DNA of 27,636 nucleotides from Sandaracinaceae bacterium (GCA_043752225.1 JAYUYY010000538.1:1-27636), one strand, 5' to 3'; shown: positions 1-9,112, numbered from the stretch's first letter. Numbers and translations are program-made. The notes: generated from the letters alone by a model not told the origin.

Positions 1-441
1 CGTGCGGATCACCAACACGACGTCCTCGAGCGCGGCTTCCTTGCCCCAAATCGCCAGCGTCTCCTCCGCAGACTTCGAGTAGCCGAAGTCGCGCATGCGC
101 GTGAAGCGCTGCTGCGCGGCGTCGAGCGCGCGCGCGGCGAGCAGCTCGTGGGTGCGCAGCGAATCGAGCAGGTCGTCTTGCTCGCGGCCGATCAGGTTCT
201 GTCCGCCTCCGCCGCGCGTCATCGACAGGTACGCCGCGCCGACGTGCCGCGCGTTCGCGAGATACGCGAGCAAGCGCGTGTTCTCGTCATCGGGATGCGC
301 TGCGATGTAGAGCACGCGGCCGGTGCTCGAGAGCCGGTCGAGGGAGTGCGCGAAAGTGCCAGCATTCATCGGGATCTCGTCAGCGTGCGCCGTCCATGCG
401 AGCACGAGTATGAGAAGACAACAGATCGCAGCGCGCGTCAT
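1..441 (-). CDS. PIG-L/LmbE-family deacetylase with N-terminal signal peptide; 5' part only, runs off the left edge of the window
   Basis: Not in the ORF track; translated by hand. ATG at 441 overlaps the bshA stop (ATGA). Reads MTRAAICCLLILVLAWTAHA-DEIPMNAGTFAHSLDRLSSTGRVLYIAAHPDDENTRLLAYLA...SMTRGGGGQNLIG...RTHELLAAR...DFGYSK. AHPDDE is the PIG-L zinc motif. The frame stays open to position 1. Confidence 0.9.
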   Translation of the reverse strand, partial: MTRAAICCLLILVLAWTAHADEIPMNAGTFAHSLDRLSSTGRVLYIAAHPDDENTRLLAYLANARHVGAAYLSMTRGGGGQNLIGREQDDLLDSLRTHELLAARALDAAQQRFTRMRDFGYSKSAEETLAIWGKEAALEDVVLVIRT

Positions 442-1613
442 GTCGACCTTTCATGTGAAGTTCGCGATAGAACGCGCCGAAAGAGCGCTTCGTAGCGTTC
501 GATCGCCGGGTCTCGCCGGAAATGCGTGACCGCGCGCGCTCGTGCGCCGCGAGCGAGCTCCGCGCGGGCATCGGGATCGGAGACGACTCGCACGACGGCT
601 GCTGCGAGCGCATCGACGTTGAAGGGCGCGACCAGCACGCCAACATCGTCGGTGACGACTTCAGGTAAACCGCCCACGCGATAGCCGAGCACCGGGACGC
701 CGCAGCTGAGCGCTTCGAGCGCCGCCAGCCCAAAGCTCTCGCTCTCGCTCGGCAGCACGAAGGCGTCGGCGTGTCGCAGCAGCTCGGCGGGCGCCGCGCG
801 CTTGCCCAAGAAACACACGTGCGCACCCAATCCGAGCGCGTTCGCCTTCTGCTCCGCGTGATCGCGATCGGGGCCGTCGCCGACGAGCACGAGCCGCGCC
901 GGCGCGCTCTTGCGCACGCGCAAGAGCACATCGATCAAGTCGCCGGTTCGTTTGACCGGGCGGAAGTTCGACACGTGAAAGAGCACGGGGTTCGATGGCG
1001 CGGCCGGCTCTTTGAAGAGCGCGTGCAACACATCGCGATCGGCAGGCTGGGCAGGCGCGAACAGCTCGGTGTCGACGAAATTCGGAATCACGTCGATCTC
1101 GCGCTTCGAAGGCTCGTCGAGCCATCCGGTCGCCTTTTGCGCGAGGTAGCCGGACGGCACCGTGACCGCGCTGGACGCGCGCACCGCAAAGCGTGTGATC
1201 GCGCTGTAGCTCGGATCGGCGCCGAGCACCGTGACGTCCGTGCCGTGCAGCGTGGTCACGACGCGTGGCGCGTGCTCGCCGAGCGCTTGGCAAGCTAGGT
1301 ACGCGCTTGCGGCGTGCGGCACCGCATAGTGCACATGAAAGAGGTCGACGCGTTGTTCGTTGGCCAGCTCGATCAAGCTCGATGCCAGCGCGAGCGTGTA
1401 CGGCGCGTGCTCGAAAATCGGGTAGCGCGTGGTTTTTACTTCGCGAAAGAACAGCCCCTCGAGCTCGGGCAACGCGCGGCTCGGCGGCGCGCTCGCGACG
1501 ACGTGCACGGTGTGACCGCGGCGTGCGAGACCTACGGCCACTTCGCTCGCGATGATCCCGCTGCCGCCAAAGCTCGGGTAACACGCGACCGCGATCGACA
1601 TCGGGGCGCTCAT
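438..1613 (-). CDS. bshA: N-acetyl-alpha-D-glucosaminyl L-malate synthase (GT4), bacillithiol biosynthesis
   Basis: CYPSFGGSGIIASE, HVHYAVPHA, TTLHGTD, HVSNFRPVKR and ESFGLAALEA match the BshA signature. Adjacent to bshC with an ATGA overlap. Confidence 0.95.
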   Translation of the reverse strand: MSAPMSIAVACYPSFGGSGIIASEVAVGLARRGHTVHVVASAPPSRALPELEGLFFREVKTTRYPIFEHAPYTLALASSLIELANEQRVDLFHVHYAVPHAASAYLACQALGEHAPRVVTTLHGTDVTVLGADPSYSAITRFAVRASSAVTVPSGYLAQKATGWLDEPSKREIDVIPNFVDTELFAPAQPADRDVLHALFKEPAAPSNPVLFHVSNFRPVKRTGDLIDVLLRVRKSAPARLVLVGDGPDRDHAEQKANALGLGAHVCFLGKRAAPAELLRHADAFVLPSESESFGLAALEALSCGVPVLGYRVGGLPEVVTDDVGVLVAPFNVDALAAAVVRVVSDPDARAELARGARARAVTHFRRDPAIERYEALFRRVLSRTSHERST

Positions 1614-3226
1614 GGAAACAAGTCCTTTGCTGCGGGACCGAAAGGCTCGATCGCCTCGAGCACGCGCTCGATGAACGCCCGCTCGCCATATCGAGCGGCG
1701 AAATACGCAAAGCCGTAGACACGCTCTTGCGGCGCGCCGTTCGGATGCAGCGCATGGCGCAGCCGCTGCACGTCGCGCACGAGCTCTTCGTTCTGATGCA
1801 TCACCGCGCGCCGATACTTCTCCGCCAGCTTGGCTGCGCTCGTATGCACGATGCTCTGGGTCTTCTCTTCTGCGCTTTGCAGCACGCTGCGCAGCGCGCC
1901 GGTCGGAGCGAGCGCGGCATCCATGGCCGCGTCGAAACGCGCTTTCAGATCTCGCTCGAGCGCTTCGCTCGAGAGCCGATCGGTGCGCCGTGCCGCGAGC
2001 TCACCCAAGATCTCGTCCTCGCTTTTCGCAGCATCGTCGGCATGCAGGCCGAGCCGCTCGAGCAGGCGCACGGTTTTCTCCTCGAGCACGCGAAAGCGCG
2101 CGCGCGGCACGATCAACGGCATCGCCAGCCCGAACGCTGCGTAGAGCGGTTGCAGCTGCGCGAAATACTCGACCTCGCTCGGACCACCCACGTATGCAGC
2201 CGTCGGCAGCAGCGTGTCTTGAACGATCGGCCGCAGCAGCGCGCTCGTGCTGAAGCGCAGCGGATCGCGATCGAGAACCGCCAGCAGCTCCGCCGAAGTG
2301 TGCTCGGCCTGTGTGCCGACCTCGGCGTAACCCCGCTCGCATGGCACGAGTCGCGTACGCTGCGCGTCTGCGCGCTCGGGATGAAAAAAGCACAGTGGTG
2401 CTCCGGGACGCACGTGCACTTGCGCCGTGAAGCCCGCTTTGCGCAACGCCTCGACGCGCGCGCACAGCCCCTCGGCCAGCTCGGCTGCATCGCCGAGCGC
2501 GCGCCGATGTACGAGCGATGCGTGGCGCGCGAGCACCGGATCACGCGGATCGATCACGATCAGGCCTTCGGGCGCGAACAACGCTGCGAGCGTGTGCGCG
2601 AACGCTTTGGCCCAAGCCTCACCCGGTCGATAGGCACGCGCGATGCGCTCAAGATGCGCTGCGGCATGCGGCAAGCGCGCAAGCTCTTCGCGCAGCGTCT
2701 CGACACAGGTGCTGACCTCGTCGGGCAACACGGCATGCGCGATCGAGATCCGCGCTTCGATATCGCTCGGCACGCGCAGCTCGATCGGCGCGTGCCCGTC
2801 GCGCGGCACGCTGCAGGTTGCGACCTCGGGCACGTCGTGGTCTTCGGTCTGAAGCCAGAAGATCGGAACGACGTTGCGGCCCGTCTCGCGCGCGAGCGCA
2901 CGGCTCACGGCGATCGCAGTGGCTGCTTTGTAGAGCGTGTAGAGCGGCCCCAAGAAGAGCCCGACCTGCTGACCGGTTACGACCGCTGCGGCGCCGCTTT
3001 CGAGCGCGGTGAGGTTAGTCTCGCGCGCGGAGCTCGCTGCAAGTAGGGCGTTTTGAGCGCGCAGCGCGCTCGCGATCTCTGTCGCAAGCGGCCGCACCGC
3101 CCGTTCCACCGATGCGGCGCGCGCATGCGCATCCGCAGGGTGGTGCTCGTAGAACGAGCTGGCGCGGCCCGCGATGTAAGCCTGGAAGAGGCTCGCGGCT
3201 GCAGCAGCTATGGCTTCTTCTTCCAA
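1610..3226 (-). CDS. bshC: Bacillithiol biosynthesis cysteine-adding enzyme
   Basis: VTGQQVGLFLGPLYTLYKA, VPIFWLQTEDHD, YVGGPSEVEYFAQL and a C-terminal PQERV motif. The TTG start at 3226 overlaps the end of the upstream gene; the exact start is uncertain. Confidence 0.93.
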   Translation of the reverse strand: MEEEAIAAAAASLFQAYIAGRASSFYEHHPADAHARAASVERAVRPLATEIASALRAQNALLAASSARETNLTALESGAAAVVTGQQVGLFLGPLYTLYKAATAIAVSRALARETGRNVVPIFWLQTEDHDVPEVATCSVPRDGHAPIELRVPSDIEARISIAHAVLPDEVSTCVETLREELARLPHAAAHLERIARAYRPGEAWAKAFAHTLAALFAPEGLIVIDPRDPVLARHASLVHRRALGDAAELAEGLCARVEALRKAGFTAQVHVRPGAPLCFFHPERADAQRTRLVPCERGYAEVGTQAEHTSAELLAVLDRDPLRFSTSALLRPIVQDTLLPTAAYVGGPSEVEYFAQLQPLYAAFGLAMPLIVPRARFRVLEEKTVRLLERLGLHADDAAKSEDEILGELAARRTDRLSSEALERDLKARFDAAMDAALAPTGALRSVLQSAEEKTQSIVHTSAAKLAEKYRRAVMHQNEELVRDVQRLRHALHPNGAPQERVYGFAYFAARYGERAFIERVLEAIEPFGPAAKDLFP

Positions 3227-4077
3227 TCTGCGACGGCCTTCGTCACCTCGGCCTTGAAGAAGTTTTCGAACACGGCATCGCCTTGGCCGAGCGCGGTAGC
3301 CTTCTCGGCAGCGGTGATCGCATCGGTCTTTTGACCCTTCTTAGCGAGCACCTGCGCGCGCACCCAGTTGTTCCACCACGTAGGCTTCACCGCGATCGAG
3401 GCGTCGATCAACGACAGCGCTCGGCCAAGCTCGCCGCCGCTCTCGAGCAAATAGCGCGCAGCAACGAATTGCGGCCGCCACGCTTCGTCGACCGCCTTGT
3501 CGATGTTGGCCAACGCCTGCGTCTTGGTATCGACCGCGAGCGGGATCGCGATGCGAATCTTCTCCCACTCGAGCTCGAGTCGCGCGCTCTCATCGGTCGT
3601 CGCCGAGAACAAGAACGTCAGCCGCTCGCGCATCTTGATCGGCGCAGGCTTCACCGTGATGCGCGCGACATCGAGCTTCGTGTCGAAGCCATCGTTGCCC
3701 CACGCCGCAAGTGAAGAGCTCAGCACGACGGTCCAGCTGGACTTACCCGGGATCGTATAGAGCGCGTAGCTGCCCGCCGGCACCCGCTTATCGCCGAACG
3801 TGAAGTCTTTGCTCGCCGTGAGCTTCGTCGCCGCGTTCGCGCCGGTGCGCCACGGGCGATCGTACGGAACGAGCGCTCCAAAAATCGGGCGCTTCTTCAC
3901 GCCTGGGCTCGAATAGTCGACCGAGAAGTCGGTCAGGCCGACGCGCTGGTCGACGCGTGCTTTGGGACTCGCTGCGGGGAGCTCGGGAGCTTGCGCCTGG
4001 GCGTAAGCGGTCGACAGCGTGGAGAAGGTGCAGGCGCCCGCGAGGGCAAGCGCGGCGAAAGAAGAGATCAAGCGCAT
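3208..4077 (-). CDS. DUF2911 domain-containing exported protein with C-terminal TPR-like helices
   Basis: Start moved to ATG 4077 (AGGAG SD upstream). Signal peptide MRLISSFAALALAGAC...AYAQ. ASPKARVDQRVGLTDFSVDYSSPGVKKR, LVPYDRPWRTGANAAT and AGSYALYTIPG are typical of DUF2911. Confidence 0.85.
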   Translation of the reverse strand: MRLISSFAALALAGACTFSTLSTAYAQAQAPELPAASPKARVDQRVGLTDFSVDYSSPGVKKRPIFGALVPYDRPWRTGANAATKLTASKDFTFGDKRVPAGSYALYTIPGKSSWTVVLSSSLAAWGNDGFDTKLDVARITVKPAPIKMRERLTFLFSATTDESARLELEWEKIRIAIPLAVDTKTQALANIDKAVDEAWRPQFVAARYLLESGGELGRALSLIDASIAVKPTWWNNWVRAQVLAKKGQKTDAITAAEKATALGQGDAVFENFFKAEVTKAVADWKKKP

Positions 4078-4138
4078 CGTCGGTGTCTCCTGGTGATTCG
4101 AGAGCTGTTCGCTTCGCAAGCGGGATCGCTTCGCGAGC

Positions 4139-4168
4139 GGTCTATGGAGTCGGAGAAGCGTCGCGCAA
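4139..4168 (-). promoter_or_regulatory. Possible sigma70-type promoter of the DUF2911-bsh operon
   Basis: TTGCGC-N18-TAGACC on the minus strand, about 60 nt upstream of ATG 4077. Weak match to consensus. Confidence 0.3.
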
Positions 4169-4284
4169 CTCGGTCGAGCGACCTTGTTTTTGCGCCGCGT
4201 CTGCAATCCGGACCGCAACCTCGCTTTCGCGGCTTCGATTCCGCAACTTTATCGGTCGCGTCGCTTTGTCCGGCGGTGACGAGA

Positions 4285-4968
4285 CTACGGTGTGGGCTTA
4301 GCTGCTCGCGCAGCCTTCTCGTCGAGCCCCGACATCCCAAAGCGGCGCGCGAGCTCGGCTTGCACGGCGGTCAGGGCCACGCCGCGGCTCAGCAGCCCCA
4401 CCAGCACGTGATAGAGCACGTCCGCCGCTTCCGAAACCACGCGCTCATCGGTCTCGCCGGCGATCGCGTCCGAGAGCTCACCCGCTTCCTCGCGGATCTT
4501 CGCGCCGATCAACGGCGCTCCGGCATCGAGCAGCTTCTTGGTGTAGCTCTTCGTTCCTTCGCTGCTGCGGCTGCGCTCTTCGAGCGCTTGCCACAAGCCT
4601 GGCAGCAGCGCCGAGCCGTGCTTGGTCGCGTCGTCCGCGAGCGCGCCGTCTCGGCCGAGCCTTCGGAAGAAGCACGTCGCGCGCCCCGTGTGGCAGGTCG
4701 GCCCGGCGGGATCGACGAGGTACAGCACGGCATCACCATCGCAATCCGCCCAGACCTCGTGGACGCACAGCACGTTGCCGCTGCTCTCGCCCTTCTTCCA
4801 GAGCGCACCGCGGCTGCGGCTGTAGAAGTGCGCATCGCCAGTCGCGAGCGTGGCCTGCAGCGCTTCGCGATTGGCGTGCGCGAGCATGCGCAGCTCACCG
4901 GTCAGGCGGTCTTGGGCCACGACCGTGAGCAGACCGCGTTCGTCGTACTTGAGCTCCGCGAGCGTCAT
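4285..4968 (-). CDS. hisIE: Bifunctional phosphoribosyl-AMP cyclohydrolase / phosphoribosyl-ATP diphosphatase
   Basis: SRSRGALWKKGESSGN, DCDGDA, GPTCHTGRATCF (HisI); SYTKKLL, KIREEAGE, EAADVLYH (HisE). Confidence 0.95.
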   Translation of the reverse strand: MTLAELKYDERGLLTVVAQDRLTGELRMLAHANREALQATLATGDAHFYSRSRGALWKKGESSGNVLCVHEVWADCDGDAVLYLVDPAGPTCHTGRATCFFRRLGRDGALADDATKHGSALLPGLWQALEERSRSSEGTKSYTKKLLDAGAPLIGAKIREEAGELSDAIAGETDERVVSEAADVLYHVLVGLLSRGVALTAVQAELARRFGMSGLDEKAARAAKPTP

Positions 4969-5024
4969 GCCCGCGGCTTTACACCAAGCCTCAGGCGCGA
5001 GCTATCGATCCCTAACGAGCGCTC

Positions 5025-5546
5025 TCAAGCGCCGACGGGCTGCTTCGCGGTCGGCTCGGATCCGAGCGCGATCGCGATTTCCTTCTCGACCTTCTCGACC
5101 GGCACGTTCCGCGCGAGCGAAAGCTCCGTCACCACCAACGATCGCGCTTGCTCGAGCAAGCGGCGTTCGCTGAACGACAGCTCTTTCTCGGTCTTCACGC
5201 GATGCAGATCCCGCAGCACTTTCGCGACCTCGAACGCCGAGCCGCTGCTGAGCATCTCGGTGTATTCGCGATAGCGCTTGTTCCAAGGCTGAGCGGTCAC
5301 AGCGACGGTCGGATCCTTGAGGATCTCGATCACCTGTTTGGCTTCCTTCTTGGAGATGACGTCCCGCAGGCCCGCGCGCAGAGCGCCGTCGGTTGGGATC
5401 ATCAGCTTCATCTCGGTGTCGAGGATCTTGAGGATGTAGAATTCCTTCTTAGTCCCCGCGATCTCACGGCTTTCAATGCCCATGATCTTCGCAACACCGT
5501 GTGCCGGGTATACGGCGTTGTCTCCCACTTGAAACTTCGGATTCAC
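5025..5546 (-). CDS. cdnL: CarD/CdnL-family RNA polymerase-binding transcription factor (CdnL-like, no HMGA domain)
   Basis: Start moved to GTG 5546 (AGGAG SD). FQVGDNAVYPAHGV, GLRDVIS, conserved Trp in QPWNKRYREY, LSFSERRLLEQARSL. 173 aa. Confidence 0.9.
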   Translation of the reverse strand: MNPKFQVGDNAVYPAHGVAKIMGIESREIAGTKKEFYILKILDTEMKLMIPTDGALRAGLRDVISKKEAKQVIEILKDPTVAVTAQPWNKRYREYTEMLSSGSAFEVAKVLRDLHRVKTEKELSFSERRLLEQARSLVVTELSLARNVPVEKVEKEIAIALGSEPTAKQPVGA

Positions 5547-5654
5547 GAGGAATGTCTCCTGTGCGATCCCGCACCCTCGACTTCGACCCACTCGCTTGCA
5601 GTCGGGCTGTGTACCAACCCGACGCGGAGCGGTGTCACGTCGTGTAAGTCATGT

Positions 5655-5683
5655 ACGATAGCACTGGAACGCTACCGGAGCAA
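5655..5683 (-). promoter_or_regulatory. Probable sigma70 promoter of cdnL
   Basis: TTGCTC-N17-TATCGT with an extended -10 TG (GTGCTATCGT), about 110 nt upstream of the GTG. Confidence 0.5.
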
Positions 5684-5839
5684 CCGCGCCACAGCGTCCC
5701 AAAGTAAGGTCATAGCGCGTCAAATTTCTTCAACCGTTGAGACTTCCAACCGCACCGAAGAGTATTCACTTGTGCAGCCCTGCTGTGCGTCCGCCAAACG
5801 GGTGCCCAACGGCGCACGCGGTCACCCAGGAAGGATCGA

Positions 5840-6892
5840 ATGAAGATGCGACGATTGGGCCTACGAGCGGGCAGCAAGCGGCTCTCCACTCTGAAGTTGT
5901 GGATTTCGAGCGCGGTGCTGGTTTGCGGATCGAGCTTGGGCGCGTGCAGCAGCCACAAGCAGGAGCTGATTGACGGCGGTGCAGGCGCGAGCGCCACGGC
6001 AGGCTCCGGCGCATCCAGCGGCTCCAGTGGATCGAGCGGCTCCAGTGGCTCCGACGGATCGAGCGGCAGCGGTGGCTCAGGCTCGGGCGGCACGACCGGC
6101 ATCGACGCGGACGGCGGCGAGACCGACGGCGCCATCACGTACGCGGACGGCGGACTGATCCCGAACGAGCTCTTGTTGTGCGGCAGCGTCGCGTGCAGCT
6201 GCGCCGACGGCATGGACAACGATGAGGACGGCCAAGTCGACGGCTTCGACACCGAGTGCACGGGTGCGAACGACGATGATGAAGGCAGCTTCGCGACCGG
6301 CATCCCCGGCGATAACCGTGATCCGAATTGGCAGGACTGCTTCTACGATGGCAACTCGGGCGCGGGCGACGACGACTGCCGCTATCACACCGATTGTTTG
6401 ACCGGTGACCTGCCTGCCGATGATGCCGACTGCGTACTGACCGACGACTGCGTCGAGTTTTGCCAGCAGCGCACGCCGAACGGCTGCGATTGCTTTGGCT
6501 GCTGCGAGCTTCCGGATGGAAACGGTGACTTCGTCACGGTGGTCATCGCCGCCGGCTGCAGCGAAGAGAACCTCGACGAATGCACGGCCTGCGTGCCGTC
6601 GACCGCGTGCGGCAACGAGTGTGGCCGCTGCGAGCTGTGCGTCGGCAAGACCGTCGAAGATCTTCCTGACGACTGCACGCCGACTGACCCTCCTCCGACT
6701 GGTGGCAGCGGCGGCACAGGCGGCAGCGGCGGCACAGGCGGCAGCGGCGGCACGGGCGGCAGCGGTGGCACGCCGTCCGATCCTCCGCCCTATCAATGCG
6801 AAGGCGGCGCAACGGCGTGCGCATCGCAAGGCGATTGCACAGATGGTTTTTACTGTTCGTTCGGGTGTTGCTTACTCAGCGGACCGCAGTGA
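5840..6892 (+). CDS. Cys-rich, Asp-rich myxobacterial-type lipoprotein with Gly/Ser linkers
   Basis: AGGAAGG SD; lipobox LGAC; GSS linker; Dx[DN]xDG-type Ca-binding loop DNDEDGQVDG; many Cys pairs; GGSGGT repeats; Cys-rich C-terminal module. Confidence 0.75.
   Translation: MKMRRLGLRAGSKRLSTLKLWISSAVLVCGSSLGACSSHKQELIDGGAGASATAGSGASSGSSGSSGSSGSDGSSGSGGSGSGGTTGIDADGGETDGAITYADGGLIPNELLLCGSVACSCADGMDNDEDGQVDGFDTECTGANDDDEGSFATGIPGDNRDPNWQDCFYDGNSGAGDDDCRYHTDCLTGDLPADDADCVLTDDCVEFCQQRTPNGCDCFGCCELPDGNGDFVTVVIAAGCSEENLDECTACVPSTACGNECGRCELCVGKTVEDLPDDCTPTDPPPTGGSGGTGGSGGTGGSGGTGGSGGTPSDPPPYQCEGGATACASQGDCTDGFYCSFGCCLLSGPQ
6701..6772 (+). repeat. 4 x 18-bp in-frame tandem repeat encoding (GGSGGT)4
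   Basis: Units GG(T/C)GGCAGCGG(C/T)GGCAC(A/G) start at 6701, 6719, 6737 and 6755. Confidence 0.9.
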
Positions 6893-6904
6893 ACGGAGCT
6901 CAAT

Positions 6905-7828
6905 ATGAATGCTTTCTTACGACCTATCGCGACTTTGCAGTGCGGACTCTCGCTACTCGCGTGCTCGGCTCTCAGCGCGTGCTCGGACGAGCCTCCTCTT
7001 TCGAAAACACCATACCCGTACGAGGCCGGTGAGACGCGCATCATCGGTGGCGGCGAGTTCGACAATGCGTCGGGCGGCGGCGCGGGCGACTCCGCGAGCA
7101 GCGATGGCGCGGGCATCAGCTCGATCACGACCGTCGCGAGCGGCGGAGTGTGTCCCGAGAACCTCGACGAAGTGTGCACGCAGCCGCTGACTGACTGTGG
7201 CGAGGACGCGACCTCCGACGTGATCGTCGACGCAGACGGCAACGTCCTCTCGATCCTTTGCTATCCGAACAGCGATTACGAAATCGTCGTGGTCGGTGGC
7301 GATTCGCCGGCGGTCGATCCGGTGCTCGGCAACAAGACGGTGATCGTGCTCGACGGCGACGTCGATGGTGCGGACGTCGAGGGCGACCTCACCATCGCGG
7401 GCAATAACGTCATCGTGTACGGACAAGGTCCGGACACCTCGGTGATCTCCGGCAACCTCGCGATCGACAAGAACAACGCGATCGTGCGCGGCGTGCGCAT
7501 CCAAGGCGACGTCACGATCACGAAGAACGGCGCAGCGCTCGTCTACTGCGTGATCGAGGGCGACCTCGAGATCACCGGCAACAACGTGAGCTTTGCGCTG
7601 TGCGAGGTCTGGGGTGAAGTGCGGATCCTCGGCAACAACGCCGTGTTCGTCTCGAACGTGGTGTCGGGCGATCAGCCGATCTCCGGCGTCAACCTGCGCT
7701 GCAACGACAACTTTCGCTTCGTCGACAGCGACGACGATGGCGTCGTGGACGACGACGAGATCGGCGAGTCGATCGCCTGCGAGTCGCGCGATGACGTGGT
7801 CGTCGACGATCCGAATCTGATGCCGTAG
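6905..7828 (+). CDS. Acidic lipoprotein with predicted right-handed beta-helix-like region
   Basis: GGAG SD; lipobox LSAC. Repeats such as VEGDLTIAGNNV / ISGNLAIDKNNA / IQGDVTITKNGA / IEGDLEITGNNV / VWGEVRILGNNA. EF-hand-like DSDDDGVVDDDE near the C-terminus. Confidence 0.7.
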   Translation: MNAFLRPIATLQCGLSLLACSALSACSDEPPLSKTPYPYEAGETRIIGGGEFDNASGGGAGDSASSDGAGISSITTVASGGVCPENLDEVCTQPLTDCGEDATSDVIVDADGNVLSILCYPNSDYEIVVVGGDSPAVDPVLGNKTVIVLDGDVDGADVEGDLTIAGNNVIVYGQGPDTSVISGNLAIDKNNAIVRGVRIQGDVTITKNGAALVYCVIEGDLEITGNNVSFALCEVWGEVRILGNNAVFVSNVVSGDQPISGVNLRCNDNFRFVDSDDDGVVDDDEIGESIACESRDDVVVDDPNLMP

Positions 7829-7857
7829 CCGCGACTGCAGCGAGCTGCGAAAACACG

Positions 7858-7897
7858 AAACCCGGTGACGGCTCTCGCGAGCTGCGCACCGGGTTTT
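7858..7897. terminator. Bidirectional intrinsic terminator between the convergent lipoprotein and recA genes
   Basis: AAACCCGGTG...GCTC-TCGC-GAGC...CACCGGGTTTT long hairpin, with A-rich left and T-rich right flanks. Confidence 0.75.
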
Positions 7898-7939
7898 GTT
7901 TGGAGCTTGGAAGCTCGCTCACTCACTTAGCGAGGCAGG

Positions 7940-9037
7940 TTATGCGCGCGGGCGGGGGCGTTGGGCTGGCTTGCTCTTGGCGGTCTCTTCACCGTCCGAC
8001 TTGGTGCTCTCGGCTTCGGTCGTGGCGGCTCCCACTGGCGCGGTGATCAGGCCCTTCTGGATCAGCACGCCGCGCTCGATCTCCGCCAGCATCTCGGGGC
8101 GCTCTTTGATGTACATGCGCGCGTTGTCGCGGCCTTGGCCGATGCGCTCGCCCTTGTAGCTGAACCACGAGCCCGACTTCTCGACCACGCCGATTTCGGA
8201 CGCGAGGTCGAGCACGTCGCCGCTGCGGCTGATGCCCTCGTTGAACAAGATGTCGAACTCGCAGGTGGCGAACGGCGCGGCCAGCTTGTTCTTGACCACC
8301 TTCACGCGCGTGCGGTTGCCGATCGCGAGCTCGCCGACCTTGATCGCGCCGACGCGACGCACGTCCAGGCGCACGCTCGAGTAGAACTTGAGCGCGTTGC
8401 CGCCGGTCGTGGTCTCGGGCGAGCCGAACATCACGCCGATCTTCATGCGGATCTGGTTGATGAAGAACAGCATCGTGTTGGAGCGATGCACGTTGCCGGT
8501 GAGCTTGCGCAGCGCTTGGCTCATCAGGCGGGCCTGCAAGCCGACGTGGCTGTCGCCCATCTCGCCTTCGATCTCGGCCTTGGGCACGAGCGCGGCGACC
8601 GAGTCGACCACGATCATGTCGACCGCGCCCGAGCGCACGAGCGTGTCGGCGATCTCGAGCGCTTGTTCGCCGTAGTCCGGCTGCGAGACCAGCAGCTCTT
8701 CGGTGTTCACGCCGAGCTTGCGCGCGTAGCCGATGTCGAGCGCGTGCTCTGCGTCGATGAACGCCGCGACGCCGCCCTTCTTTTGGCACTCGGCGATCGC
8801 GTGCAGGGTGAGCGTGGTCTTGCCGCTCGACTCCGGACCGTAGATCTCGATGATGCGGCCCTTCGGGTAGCCGCCGACGCCGAGCGCCAAGTCGAGCGAG
8901 AGCGAGCCGGTCGAGCTGGTCTCGACGGGCTGCGCTTCGCGCGCGCCGAGCTTCATGATCGCGCCTTTGCCATAGGACTTCTCGATCGATGCCAGTGCCA
9001 GATCGAGCGCTTTGCCGCGGTTCTCTTCGGTCGCCAT
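7940..9037 (-). CDS. recA: Recombinase RecA
   Basis: [63 protein letters not shown]. Confidence 0.99.
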   Translation of the reverse strand: MATEENRGKALDLALASIEKSYGKGAIMKLGAREAQPVETSSTGSLSLDLALGVGGYPKGRIIEIYGPESSGKTTLTLHAIAECQKKGGVAAFIDAEHALDIGYARKLGVNTEELLVSQPDYGEQALEIADTLVRSGAVDMIVVDSVAALVPKAEIEGEMGDSHVGLQARLMSQALRKLTGNVHRSNTMLFFINQIRMKIGVMFGSPETTTGGNALKFYSSVRLDVRRVGAIKVGELAIGNRTRVKVVKNKLAAPFATCEFDILFNEGISRSGDVLDLASEIGVVEKSGSWFSYKGERIGQGRDNARMYIKERPEMLAEIERGVLIQKGLITAPVGAATTEAESTKSDGEETAKSKPAQRPRPRA

Positions 9038-9096
9038 CGGTTCCTCAGTTTCTCAAGAGCTCTCTGCGAGGCTCGTAAATGATTCGGCCAGTACTA

Positions 9097-9112
9097 CTGA
9101 AAACTAGTTCGT
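9097..9112 (+). promoter_or_regulatory. Putative LexA (SOS) box 1 upstream of recA
   Basis: CTGAAAACTAGTTCGT = GAAA-N4-GTTC, a one-mismatch version of GAAC-N4-GTTC, about 60 nt upstream of the recA ATG. Confidence 0.5.

Noticed and set aside
6000-6090. GSS/GS repeat as an independent DNA repeat element
   Set aside because: Codon-degenerate low-complexity linker inside the lipoprotein; a protein-level feature only.
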